DNA of 64,000 nt from the human T2T-CHM13v2.0 reference genome, Homo sapiens. How positions within the stretch are numbered: position 1 is the stretch's first letter; each line of letters begins with the position of its first letter. Under the pieces are notes generated by a model. The model had not been told where the DNA came from and searched no databases. It worked only from the letters and a program-made list of their open reading frames with translations. The DNA lies in NCBI RefSeq assembly GCF_009914755.1, contig NC_060935.1, one strand, 5' to 3'. A program made the translations under genes and the position numbers. Below, one piece after another: positions 1 through 12,913 of the stretch.

Positions 1-495
1 AAGTAAATTCTCTGATCATTGTCTGATCTTATCATTTTCTTAAGAGAATATCTTGAAGAACAGACGTTCTCAATTGTGAATTTTATTATGTGTAACTAAT
101 GCCTTTAATAACTGAAAATGGAGTGAGTTGATTCAATGATATGAAAAATAAAATATCTTGGAAATGAAAACATTATCCTTTACCTTTGTCTTATTCTGCA
201 TCCTACCCCCATGTTCTTATTCAAATATTTGTTCTTCTATCTTATTGTTTATGTCACTTACAGGCATTGTCTTACCCATTTTGCTTTTGAAGATTGAATT
301 CTTTCTCATTATCCTTGACAGGCCCTGAAAATATTCTTTTTTAATCTTAGCAATGACCATATTCTGCAACCAAATCACTATATTGTAGGCTGCCTTTCTA
401 TGTATTGCTACATGCACCTACTTATCTTGCCTCTTTAAAACCTACTGATTTCTGGGCTTTTCTGATGCTGACTCCAGACCTAGATATGGTCTAAA

Positions 496-602
496 TTCCC
501 CCTTTCCCTTTCCTTTTCCTTTCCCTTTTCCTTTTCCTCTTCCTCTTCCTCTTTCTCTTCCTTCCTTCCTCCCTTCCTTCTTTTTTGCCTTTCCTTTCTT
601 CA
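496..602. repeat. Homopyrimidine low-complexity tract (TTCC/TTTTCC-like)
   Basis: About 105 bp of almost pure C/T; it explains the K/R/E-rich minus-strand ORF 491..694. Confidence 0.95.
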
Positions 603-2384
603 GTAGTTTTCTGAGTATCTATGAAGGACAAGAAATTGTGATAAACACTAGGAATACGAGAGCGGAATACTGTATATGTAATCCCTACCTTCATTAGAGG
701 AAGTTGAGATAAAATTTTTAAAATAACAAAATAATCTGAGTTATCTGGGAATTACAATTTGCTAAGGTGATACATAGCAAGAACATAATATGTAGCTCAG
801 GTGAGACGGGAAATTGTCCCTGAGGGACAAGTGCAGCAAGAGTTAGGCTCATTGACACTATTTTCATCATTATGTGAGGCTATACCCCTCTCCTTATGTT
901 TGTCCTTACCCTAGGGCTGAATCCTTTTATCATATTCTGGACTGTGATCTCTAGTAGCCCCACAGATTTCTGAACTGCCCATGAGTTCTTCCATATGACA
1001 AGGACTTTCTGTATCAGAATGTCTTACCAGTACTTAACTTTATGTAACACATAGTTCCCTGAATAAGGGTCCTAAATTAATTCCACAGGTTTTACTCTCC
1101 TACTGCAGTTTTAATTTAGTATAAAAATAGCTAGAGGTGAGAGAACACATTTAATTAAATATTGTATGCAGCTGATGAATGTATACAAAAGCATCACCTA
1201 AGGGGTATAGATTTTTATAATGAGCTTTTTTCTTTGACTTTCTTTGACTTCCAACCCTATTTGAACTTCTACTCTGAAAGGCTAGAATGCTCTTATCTTG
1301 CACTTTCAATTTTACTATAGGCTTTTTGGAAGAGCTGAATTGGTCCTGCTTGCTGTTTGCACAGCAGGGTCCATCCTCATGATGCCTCGAATCTCACTGT
1401 TATCCTGAACTGCCAGAACAATTCTTGACTATCTTAATGAGACTCAGCACCCGAGTCCTGATGCCAAAGTGAAGCTTTTGCTAAAGAGTTCAAGCAGCAT
1501 CTAGTGAAGAACTTATTCTGTGCCACATTGTCAGTAAAAAAATAAATATTTCCCATAACCCAAGCAATGACCTTGAATTTACTAAGGGAATTAACTAAAA
1601 TGCAGTAGACTCAGCTATGTTTTCATTGACTACCAGGGACAAATTAGGTATTGCATGGGGTGAGAGATGGTTTTATGATACCCTTTATTCCTTTAGGGGA
1701 CAAATATTCTCACTTTATCCCAACCTCAATAAATAACTGACTCTCAGACAGTAAATACTAAACTTCTTCACATACACAGTATTGTCCTAGAATATAGATG
1801 AGTTAATTTTAGGAAGCCTGAACATATTTCTATTGTCACCATTTTATTCTACCCACATCATCAGGCCCTCTACATGCATTTGTGGCTTATCAAAGCTATG
1901 TACATTGAGGCTTTACTGTGTTGTTTCATAGTTTATATTGTCCCTGACTTGCTACAGGAAGGTGGACCGGCTATAATTTTTACTGATAGGCTTCAGCACT
2001 ATAACCTAAACTTTATTGCAGTGCTCAAAGCAGTACAGTCTCAAATTTGTATTTCAAAGTATGAGGCACTATAAATTTAATATAGAGAAACTCTGGTGGG
2101 AATAACAGGCCTGTCCTACAGAATTAAGCTTCTTAAAAATGGTGAAAGAGATTGGTAGAGAGCCATTTGAACTGAGTCTCCTTTTTCCTGGTGGGGTTTT
2201 AGACAGAGTTTCCTGAAACTCCATATATGCAAATTCCCAATGGGAGGACAATTGCTAATGGAATAGTCATTAAAAATTAATTCTTTCTGAATGATAACAG
2301 AAGGAATTAAACCAGAAGCCCCCCTCCTTTTTCTCTCTTTGTGAATAACAATTTTTATTTACTATTCCAAATGACATACTTACA

Positions 2385-2760
2385 TTCTAATTCTAGCCAA
2401 CTTAAGCTGAAAAAGAGTTTATTGAAAGGCATGAGATAACACAAAGAACACATGAGAAGACTAGAAAATGAGTTTGGAAAATGGGGCAGCAGCTGAAACA
2501 GCTAAAGTCAGGCCACTGAATCAGTGGATAGAACTCATACTGGAGTCATCACCACTGATTTCACTGTAATTCCATGGGATGCCAGCTGTAGGAGTATCCT
2601 TACCTCGTTTTTATTGGCAATCTCAGGAAGGAACATCTGACTGATTACCTAAACTTAGGTCACATGACCTTGCTTACAGGACTTCCTGGCCTTCCATCAA
2701 CTTCCACAGTAGGGAGAGGCCCAGAATTCTACCTCTTCAAATTTCACCTGATGTTAATAG
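2385..2760. mobile_element. Old MaLR LTR fragment (MLT1K/L-like)
   Basis: Motifs aacttaagc..aaaagagttttattgaaagg and catctgactg...cttaggtcacatgac resemble old MLT1 LTRs; highly diverged. Confidence 0.4.
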
Positions 2761-4017
2761 ATGATTGGATATTAGATATGCAAAAAAAATTAACGAGAGA
2801 GATAAACAAATGCAGCTACAGTGGCAAAGCCAGGATGTAGAACCAGGCAGTCTGGCTTAGAACCAACATTTATAAGCATAAAACCACGTTGCCATCTTGG
2901 TAGTTAGTTCTCCCTAAGACAATTAAAATGATAATTGGAAAACTGCTTGCTGGAGTTCAAGCATTAAGTAAGCACGAATAACTAGACTGTTGGTTTCTAA
3001 ATATGAACCCATTGTATCAGAGCTCAAAAACAATATTCAGATTCTAAAGTTCCAATTTAATAGTCTATGATTTTGTAGATTTGAACTGTTAATCAGATCT
3101 GTATTTTTTCTTAAAAATAGACCTCTTTTCAGTTCATTCTGATAGTATATTTACATTTGGAAATGATAGGACTAGATGACTCCTAGCTTTTTGCAACCCT
3201 AAGTATCTGTGTTCCTAATTCCTTCATTGCCCTCTAACTCATTGTGTGTCTCTTCTCTCAAAAGCAGCAGGCTGAGGGAAGTCAGGACTGAAAGGGAAAA
3301 TTAGTGTGATTTCTTCCATTTTACTTGTATCATCTATATGGTCTAGGCTTTCACAGTTATTTTTTGTCTTTATCTTTCTTTATGTGCCAATATAAAGGTC
3401 TAAATTACTAGCTGAATAAGTTCACTGGTTTACTACTTTAGAGTTTGAAACAAAATAAAACAAAACAAGATTTTTTCCACAAAGTAAGAAGAGAAAAGAG
3501 GAAAAGTGATGTGTGCGTCCACAGATAAAAAGTCTAATAATCACAGGTGGAAATCCACTATAAATAAGAGTCTGGAATGAGACAAGCCAAAGTACCAGCA
3601 CTTAACTACTGTGGAGTCTTGACAGTTTTCCAGGATACATTTGATGTCTAACTATCCCTACCTATTTATCACAGGATAAAGTTTCTTTTTTTAGAGAGAT
3701 TCTGTCGATGTAGTGTGAACTGCATTGAACTGGACTCCTAGAATGCTACAGTTGAACATTTTATTTGACAGAATTATTCTCCTAAAAGTAAGCAAATAAG
3801 AGGAGGAAATATTGAAACTTTTCTTCATGGAAATAGAAACAAGGGGCCAAATTGAAAGGATCAATTTGTTTATTCTTCCTAATGATTTTGTGGTTTATTA
3901 TAAAGCTGACCTCAAGTTTATCTCATCCAACTTGACCAAGGTTGCATAATTACTGAGTTACATAGATGTGTTACAGAGTTTGAATTTCTTTCAAAGTCCA
4001 TGCTCTTTCTACAACAC

Positions 4018-4196
4018 TAGTGATTCAGTGGTTGAATAAGTATCTGAATTTTCCCGAGAGCTTGTTAAAAAAGAGATTATTGGGCCCCACCCCCAGAGTT
4101 TCTGATTCAGAAGGTCTGGAGTGAAGCCCACGATTTTGCATTTCTAACAAGTTCTTAAGTAATGCTGTCCCAGGGACCACACTTTGAGAATCACTG
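4018..4196 (-). mobile_element. MER5A (hAT-Charlie MITE)
   Basis: gggccccacccccagagtttctgattcag...tgcatttctaacaagtt...ggaccacactttgagaatcactg matches the reverse complement of MER5A. Confidence 0.85.
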
Positions 4197-4639
4197 TGTA
4201 TGCAATTTGAAAAGATTTAAGAACTGAAACCAAGTGTTGCTGCAGCTAAAAGGGTTGCATAAACAATTTAGACTAGACATTGCAAACTGATAACATCAGA
4301 CATGTTGGTTTCACACTAGTTTACAATTTTTTATTTAGTTGCCAATTTTTAAATCCAGGTATTTCAGTAAGTCTTTTCTATTTTGGAAAAAGATCATAAG
4401 ATCTGATATGGCAAAAATTAATTAAAGCTGAGTATTAGCTCCCCTTTTTAGATAGCTTGTGAACCTTCCTGCCATTTGAAATAGTAATTTTACCTGCTTT
4501 GCCTTACAATTAATAATAATATAGGTGCTATTTATTGAGTTATTAAGCTCAATTATTAAGCAATTTTTGCTATTTGCCAGTGTTCTAAGTGTTTTACCTA
4601 TACTGTTTAATCATCATAATCATCATAATCTGCTGAGAA

Positions 4640-4780
4640 GTGTGTGTGTATGTGTGTTTATATGTGTGTGTATATATAAAAATATATTTATATTTTTACA
4701 TAGTTATATATTATATATATTTATATATATATTTTATATATTTTTATATATTTAAATATATATATTTATATATATATAAA
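4640..4780. repeat. (TG)n/(TA)n compound microsatellite
   Basis: Directly visible. Confidence 0.9.
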
Positions 4781-4924
4781 AACAGAAAGTTATGTTGAGG
4801 GAATGAATAAAACAATTAAACCATCTTAAACCACCTTAAACCATCATGGCTTGGCACAACAGAAATTTATATCTATAGCTTGTGCTTACAAGCTGTATAT
4901 ACTACTGGGCAAATGACAAAACCA

Positions 4925-5135
4925 ACAATAGCTAAGCTTTGTTCTGAGTACTTCACATATATCAACTCATTTAACATTCACACTGTGAGGTAGTATAAAT
5001 ATTTCCATTTTATAGAAGTGAAAACTAAGGTGGAAAGAAATTAAGTCACTTGACCAAGCTCATATAGGTAGTAAGTATCAAAGCAAGTAGGCATTTGAAT
5101 ACAGACCACCTAACTCTGAAGCCCATACTCTTAAT
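4925..5135 (-). mobile_element. MIR SINE
   Basis: ccattttatagaagtgaaaactaagg...aagtcacttgaccaagctcata matches the reverse MIR core. Confidence 0.8.
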
Positions 5136-5430
5136 CTTTGTGTTTCGCTGTTGTACTCTCTGTAAACATTTATCTTTGTCTCTCTGATCTAGACCAAAGA
5201 CTCCTTTTTACAGACAAGGAAATTAAGAAGCTTATAGGCAGAATAACTTCCATGAAGTTGCAGAATGAGTTAACAATAAAAGTCCTGTTCCTATTCATGA
5301 GTCCTGACTCCAGCAAAGACCCCCAGTGGGATTTTTGGTTTACTATCATTGTAATACAAATGACAAAGAGGTTAAATACATATTAATAAGATTCCACTCG
5401 TTTTTATCTAAAGGTGATTTCAAATGCCTG

Positions 5431-5602
5431 CTGGTTGTTCTCCTTGGTTGCACATGGGAGGGTCTCGCTGAGCGCTTTTAAAAAACATGACGCTCTGGCC
5501 CTACCTGAGGCCAATTAAATCAGAGTCTTTGCAGGGTGGGCCATGATTTTCTTTCAAGCATTCCAGGTGATTTTAATGTGCAGCCAGAATTGAGAAATGC
5601 TG
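5431..5602 (+). mobile_element. MER5B (hAT-Charlie MITE)
   Basis: ccaattaaatcagagtct...ccaggtgattttaatgtgcagccagaattgagaaatgctg. Confidence 0.8.
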
Positions 5603-6804
5603 GATTACACTGCTGGGGTATGCAGATTGAATGCAATGGCTGGTAATTAGACACTTATGTTATCTTCTTTTGGATATTGTATAGGTTCATATAAAGACAT
5701 CTGCTTTCATGTTCAATGTCAACTGCACCCCTATAACCCAGTGCAATAATTGCTTGTTACTGATGTGTGTCCATGAATAATGGAAGAATCTCGCTTAGCT
5801 CTCATTTGCAATTAACTCCTGTGACTGAAGGCACTTGGGCTCCTCCTACATGAAATAAACAGACTTAATCGGTTGAATGGTACAGGCTTTTTTGGTTAAT
5901 GTCTATGTTTATTACTCTCGCCCCTTGTTGCCATCTAATCTGACATTCCTTCTGCTGCTTACATGTGATTGACCTGTGTAGCAACACTGCAGAAAGTGTC
6001 ATTTGCTCTGCTCCTCACAACAACAATTGTGTGATTGGTCATCGTCAGTTCAATAGGGAGAAAAAAAATTAGGAAATTTGGCACACACAAATTCAGCCAG
6101 ACTCATAATTTCAAGTTCCAGGTCAAATAATAGGCTTATAGAAGTAAAATAATGAGAATTATCCAAGCAATATTTTGGCAGCAAAGCAATATTAATTTGA
6201 ATAAACATTTATAGAGCACATTTGTTCTCTTCTGTAATATTTATCACACTTTATCATGGTTATCCTGTTAAGGTCTGCCTTTCCTGTGAGAATTTAGGCT
6301 TTGAAAGTACAAGAGCATTGTCTGTCTTTTTCATGATCATATCCCCAAGATCTAGCATATTGCAGGGACTAAATAAACATTTTCTTAACTTATAAATAAT
6401 GAAATGAATAAAAATTTGAGCTACGTACTGAGGACAGAGAGAAAAATAAGACACTATTTCTGCTATTGAAGAGCCTATAAGAAAAGATACACAAACACAT
6501 TAAAAAATTACAATTCAGTATGATATGGGCTATTATCAAGTTAGGTATAAAGAAGGAAAGAATTCTTGTATGTTAACAATCTATAGATCAAATCCGCCTC
6601 CAGAGTAGGAACAGCCAGAAAAGTTAAAATTCTATGAATGTACTTTGTTTTCTATATTTAAATTTGGGACAGTGTAAATAATTTACATAATTCTGAAACA
6701 AAATTTTTAAAACCTGATCTCTAAAATTCAAAAGGATAATGAACAAATGAACCTGTGTGTCAAATTGATAGCATAGCAACACAGAGTAATGACTGATAAT
6801 TATT

Positions 6805-6851
6805 ATTATTATTATTATTATTTGAGACGGAGTTTTGCTCTTGTTGCCCAG
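6805..6851 (-). mobile_element. Extremely 5'-truncated Alu (about 30 nt of body, AluSp/Sq-type end) with (TAA)n tail
   Basis: tttgagacggagttttgctcttgttgcccagg flanked by the 14-bp TSD gactgataattatt (6791-6804 and 6852-6865). Confidence 0.9.
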
Positions 6852-6944
6852 GACTGATAATTATTTAAAAACTCGGCAATTTAAATGTACATTTTTAGTT
6901 GTATATACTGGGGATGGTCTTCTATTGTCTTACCTACTTACTCT

Positions 6945-7850
6945 GTGTGGTTTTTTATTGTGAATTGGTTCCCAATTTTCTTACGCTTTCCTGTATCCAT
7001 GCCCTTAGATAGTCAACTCCCATCCTGACTCTGGGCTTGGTATGTGACTTGCTGCATTAGTTTCCTAGGACTGTTGTAAGAGGGTACCACAAACTGAGTG
7101 GTTTAAACACCAGAAATTTATTATTGCACTATTCTGGAGCCTAGAATTTTGAGATCAAGATGTCAGCAGGGCCGTGCTCTCTCTAAAGGGGCTTAGGGAA
7201 GAATCTCTTCCAGGCCTGGCTCACAGCTTCAGGTAGTTCCTTGATTCATGGCAGCATTACTATAATTTTAACATAGTATTCTCTCTGTATGCACATATGT
7301 CTTCAAATTTCCCCTTTCCATTAGGATGCTAATCATATTGGATTAAGGGCCTACCCTATTCCAGTATGACCTCATCTTAATTAATTATATCTTCAATGAC
7401 CTTACTTCCAAATAAAGTCACATTCTGAAGTACTCAGGCATTAGAACTTCAGCATATGAATTTTGGTGAGGGGGCATAATTCAACCCACAAAACTTGCTT
7501 TAACCAATGAGATAATAGCAACTGTGGTGAAGCAGAGGATTTAGAAGTGCATGGACTTTGGTGTTTGTGTTCTCTTGCTGCCTTTAGAAATCTGCCACCA
7601 CCACCATGTGAACAAGCTTGGACTAGTCTGCTGGATAATAAGAGACACATGGCCTATTGCTTCCATGACAAATTGACAGTCAGCCAACTTCCATAAGCAG
7701 AGAAACTTAGCTGGTTGGCAGCTGACCTTAGCGAGAGAGTCTAATATAAACTAGCTAAGTCCAATTCAAATTGTAGTGTGAGTTAAATACACCTATTTTT
7801 TAAGCCATGAAGTTTTGGGGTGTTTTATTATACAGCAATAGATAGCTTAT
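6945..7850 (+). mobile_element. Old MaLR LTR (MLT1G/H-like) interrupted by MLT1C
   Basis: gtgacttgc|...|cttgctttaaccaatgaga is continuous across the insert; 3' end ttttaagccatgaagttttggggtg...cagcaatagatagct. Confidence 0.65.
7053..7493 (-). mobile_element. MLT1C MaLR solo LTR
   Basis: tgcattagtttcctagg...ccaaataaagtcacattctgaagtact...ataattcaacccaca; 5-bp TSD cttgc (7048-7052 and 7494-7498). Confidence 0.85.
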
Positions 7851-8304
7851 TGTGTGTTAGGAAGAGCAGTGGAGAGGGCCTAGTTTCCAATTCTAAATTT
7901 TTTCTAAATAGCTTTGGTATGAATAACTGGCTGGTAGCAACATAAAAACTTGGTATGGTAAATTCAGTGACCACTTAGATTTGTCTTCTTCCTTTTCACT
8001 ATTTCCAAGGGAGCTTCCAGGAACAAACAAAGGGATTTAAAAATAAAAATCAAAAAGTTTCTCAACATATTGCCTGGCTCTATTACTTAGAAAGGAGGAA
8101 AATAAAAACCACTTTTCTAAAAGTTACTCATTTATGCCTATATCCTTTAAAGCCATCATATGAGAAATTATCAATTGTCTATTTATTCCTTAATCAGCAA
8201 ATCCTTAATTCAGTAACTTACCATCTATATATTATCATCCATATTTTGGATATGCTAGTTACATTTTAGATATCGATGTCTTTTTACTATAAATATTTTA
8301 TTAC

Positions 8305-8680
8305 ATAGATTCATAATCCCAGAGCCGAAAGAACTCTAAATGTCACTTGTTCTAATCTCTTACCAGTGTAGGAATACCGTCTGTATCATTCCCAGCAAGC
8401 AATCTTTCCTCCTATGCCTGCACACATCTTATGAAGAAAGGCTCATTGCCTACCTTATAAAGAAGTCCATTTGATTTTAGATTAGTGTTTCTTGTTAGAA
8501 AGTACTTTCTTCACTTGACCTGAAATCTGCCTCCACATTGCACAGCCTCACTGCCTGACCTCTTAAGATTCTATTCTCCCACCTATTTTGCTACCAATTT
8601 AAGAACTGGTATATGTTTCCTTTTCATATGACAGACCTTCAAATATTGAATGGCAGCAATCACACTCCTCTTTGGTCTTT
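8305..8680 (-). mobile_element. L3/CR1 LINE fragment
   Basis: catagattcata start, gttagaaagtactttct and atgacagaccttcaaatattgaa are typical of the reverse L3 3' region. Confidence 0.55.
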
Positions 8681-9406
8681 CCCTAACTGCAATGATAAAT
8701 ATTCTAACATATACAGACATAATAATTTAGGATATACCTGCTCTAAGAAGAAAAGTTACAATAAATACAGAAATTTTACCAGTATTCTTAGTAATTTTCC
8801 AGATCAAACTGAGAGACCATAAAAAAGAATGGCTTGGGAAAAACAGAACTAACTACAGAAAGAAATATAATGAATTAATGTGAAATAATACTGCTCTTAT
8901 TGTGCCTTTTGGGGGCAAATATTACTAAGGGGCTCAGGGGAAGTGATAATTAAATTCCACTGAAAGTCTTTAGCAAGCATTGTGCCTTAAAAATTATCAG
9001 CAAATCTAGAAAGGTTTTTGTTGCCCCCAATTCCAAGCCCAAACAAAACTTCAATTAGTTCTCAAAGGTGAACCTATTTGAAAAGCTGTTGGAGATGGTT
9101 GGTGACATGACTTTTGTTCCACGAGGGCTTTTGTTGGCCAGTCTGCACCATGTTCCTCCAACTATATCTCTCTAGAGTGCAGATTGGTAGAAGATACTGA
9201 TTGCATCTTCAAATGAAGAGTATATTAATCATTGTTTTCCTTGGTCTCTCACTTGACTTAAATTTCTTCTGAGGAGTGCTTCTGTCTTGGAAATTGCTGA
9301 AAAATGTGGCCACTTTTTCAGAGAATCAACAAAGTTTAGTTAATGGTGTTCTTATCTCCAGAATCCAAGTAAACGTTGGAAGAATGTGAATTTAAAAAAT
9401 AAGACC

Positions 9407-9920
<514 letters not shown>

Positions 9921-10854
9921 GAATGTTTCATTCTTTGAGCATGCACACCCAATACTTATTATCAGTCATTAAGTTATGAGACAAAAATTCTCAATATTGA
10001 AAGTACAGAACTCCTCATTAGGCCATCAGAAAAGTAGTTATTCTTAACTGATAAATAAAGTTGCATCAGAGGCATGTATTATATAGCTCAAAAATGGAAA
10101 GAAGGGAAGAAAACTTGTTAAAGCTTAAGGTACAAATCTTTCCCAAAGAGTTCTTATCATTTGTCACATGATCAGAATTTGATTCCTCATTCTCCTCCTA
10201 ACAGCTGTGGGCTTAAATAAACCTAGCTCTCAATCTCTTTATCTATAGAATGAAAGACTTCATCTGGATACTGTGAAATAGTTCTTTTAACATTCTATGC
10301 AAATTAAATCTTGTTCCCCCAGATTATCTTTTATTATTCCCAAATAAGTGTCCTGGCATATATACCGTCATTGTTTTGAGGATGTAAACTTTGTCTCACA
10401 CAGCACTTTTATTATGTTATATATTATGTCTCTCTCCCACTGCATACAGTATCAGCATCAAGGCTAAAAAAAATCCAAGTGTTTTGTAAGCCAGTGAAGA
10501 TTCAAATTGATTATGCTGAGGAAGAAGACTTAACCATATATTAAATTCTTCATCCTTCAGACTCCTACATGTTACTCAATATATAACTAAAGTGGCACAT
10601 CTTTATTGAAGATTTCCTCTATCCCTCACCCTCACCACTATAGGAGCCTCTATAGAAGAATAGGTTGCTCAGCTTTCTGTGTGTCTGTAAATGTTTCAAC
10701 TTTAGCAAAATATAGTTTGTTACTGAGTTATTTATTTATGTGTCTGTTTCTTTTTCTAGATTTTGAGATATTTAAAACAAAATGCATGTAACCTGGGACT
10801 CAAGATATGTATTAAGTGAAACGAGCAAATAACAATAAGGACAATGATGATGAT

Positions 10855-11080
10855 AGGGTTAATTTTTCTTGAACATTTCTACATATTAGGAATTTTCTCT
10901 AAGCTCTCTATATGTATTAGTTTACTTTATGGACACAATGAGCCTATGAGATAGACACTATTATTGTCACCATTTTATATATGAGAAAACAGAGGCACAG
11001 AGTTGTTATTAAACAGCTTGCTAGGCACTAAGACTCAGTCAGGGATGGAAATCAGACACTTTGTTCTCAGTGAACAGTTG
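10855..11080 (-). mobile_element. MIR SINE
   Basis: cctatgagatagacactattattgtcaccattttatatatgagaaaacagaggcacagag. Confidence 0.75.
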
Positions 11081-11148
11081 ATTAAACACATTTTATGTTC
11101 TCTCCCCTGAATAAGGAAATGAAGAATTATGAAAGAATGAGTTGGGAA

Positions 11149-11561
<413 letters not shown>

Positions 11562-11695
11562 TCATTATTTGCCTCAATTAGTAACCCTAATGGCCCCTAA
11601 AATTTGCACATCACAAACCCTGTGATATGGTTTAGACCTGTGTCACCACCAAATTTCATGTCAAATTGTAATCCCCCATATTGTAGGTGGGCCTG

Positions 11696-12051
11696 TGTGT
11701 TAGTTCATTTTCACGCTGCTGATAGAGAAATACCTGAAACTGGGAACAAAAAGAAGTTTAATTGGACCTACAGTTCCACATGACTGGAGAGGCCTCAGAA
11801 TCATGGCAGGAGGTGAAATGCACTTCTTACATGGTGGCAGCAAGAGAAGAATGAAGAAGATTTAAAAGTGGAAACTCCTGATAAAACCATCAGATGTTGT
11901 GAGACTTATTCGTTACCACAAGAACAATATGGGGGAAACTGCCCTCATGATTCAAATTATCTCCCATCATGTCCCTCCCACAACAGGTGGGAATTATGGG
12001 AACATAATTCAAGATGAGATTTGGATGGGGACACAGAGCCAAACCATATCA
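11696..12051 (-). mobile_element. THE1A-like solo LTR
   Basis: tgtgttagt...agccaaaccatatca; perfect TSD gcctg (11691-11695 and 12052-12056). Confidence 0.9.
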
Positions 12052-12348
12052 GCCTGGTGGGAAGTGATTTGATCATGGGGACAGATTTCTCATGAATGGT
12101 TTGGTACCATCCTCTCTTGGTACTAACCTCATGATAGTGAGTGAGTCTCACAAGATCTGGTTGTTTAAAAGTTTGTGGTGCCTCCCCCCTTACTCTCCTG
12201 CTCCTGCTCCAGTCATGTGAGATGGTTTGCTCCTCTTTCATCTTCCACCATGATTGCAAGTTTCATGAGGCCTCCTCAGAAGCTAAGCAGAGGCCAGCAT
12301 CATGCTTCCTGCATAGACTTGGAACTGTGAACTGATTAAACCTCTTTT

Positions 12349-12913
12349 TTTATTTATTTTTTATTTTTTTTATTATACTTTAAGTTCTAGGGTACATGTG
12401 CACTTGCAGGTTTGTTACATATGTATACATGTGCCATGTTGGTGTGCTGCACCCATTAACTCGTCATTTACATTAGGTATATCTTCTAATGCTATCCCTC
12501 CCTGCTCCTCCCACCCCACACCAGGCCCTGGTGTGTGAAGTTCCCCTTCCTGTGTCCAGGTGTTCTCATTGTTCAATTCCCACCTATGAGTGAGAACATG
12601 AGGTGTTTGGTCAGGGATCTAGAACTAGAAATACCATTTGACCCAGCAATCCCATTGCTGAGTATATACCCAAAGGAATATAAATCATGCTGCTGTGAAG
12701 ACATGCACTCGTATGTTTATTATGGCACTATTCACAATAGCAAAGACTTGGAACCAATCCAAATGTTCAACAATGATAGACTGGATTAAGAAAATGTGGC
12801 ACATATACACCATGGAATACTATGCAGCCATAAAAAAGATGAGTTCATGTCCTTTGTAGGGACATGGATGAAGCTGGAAACCATCATTCTCAGCAAACTA
12901 TCGCAAGTGCAAA
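12349..12913 (-). mobile_element. L1PA (about PA4-PA6) 3' fragment with 5' inversion
   Basis: Poly-T plus antisense 3'UTR to about 12611, then sense-strand L1 (cagggatctagaactagaaatacc...) to 12913; TSD aaacctctttt (12338-12348 and 12914-12924). Confidence 0.92.

Noticed and set aside
491-694. K/R-rich ORF resembling a nuclear localisation signal
   Set aside because: Translation of a simple purine repeat
1300-1540. Exon-like segment after tttcaattttactatag
   Set aside because: Stops in all frames on both strands and no convincing donor; no recognisable product
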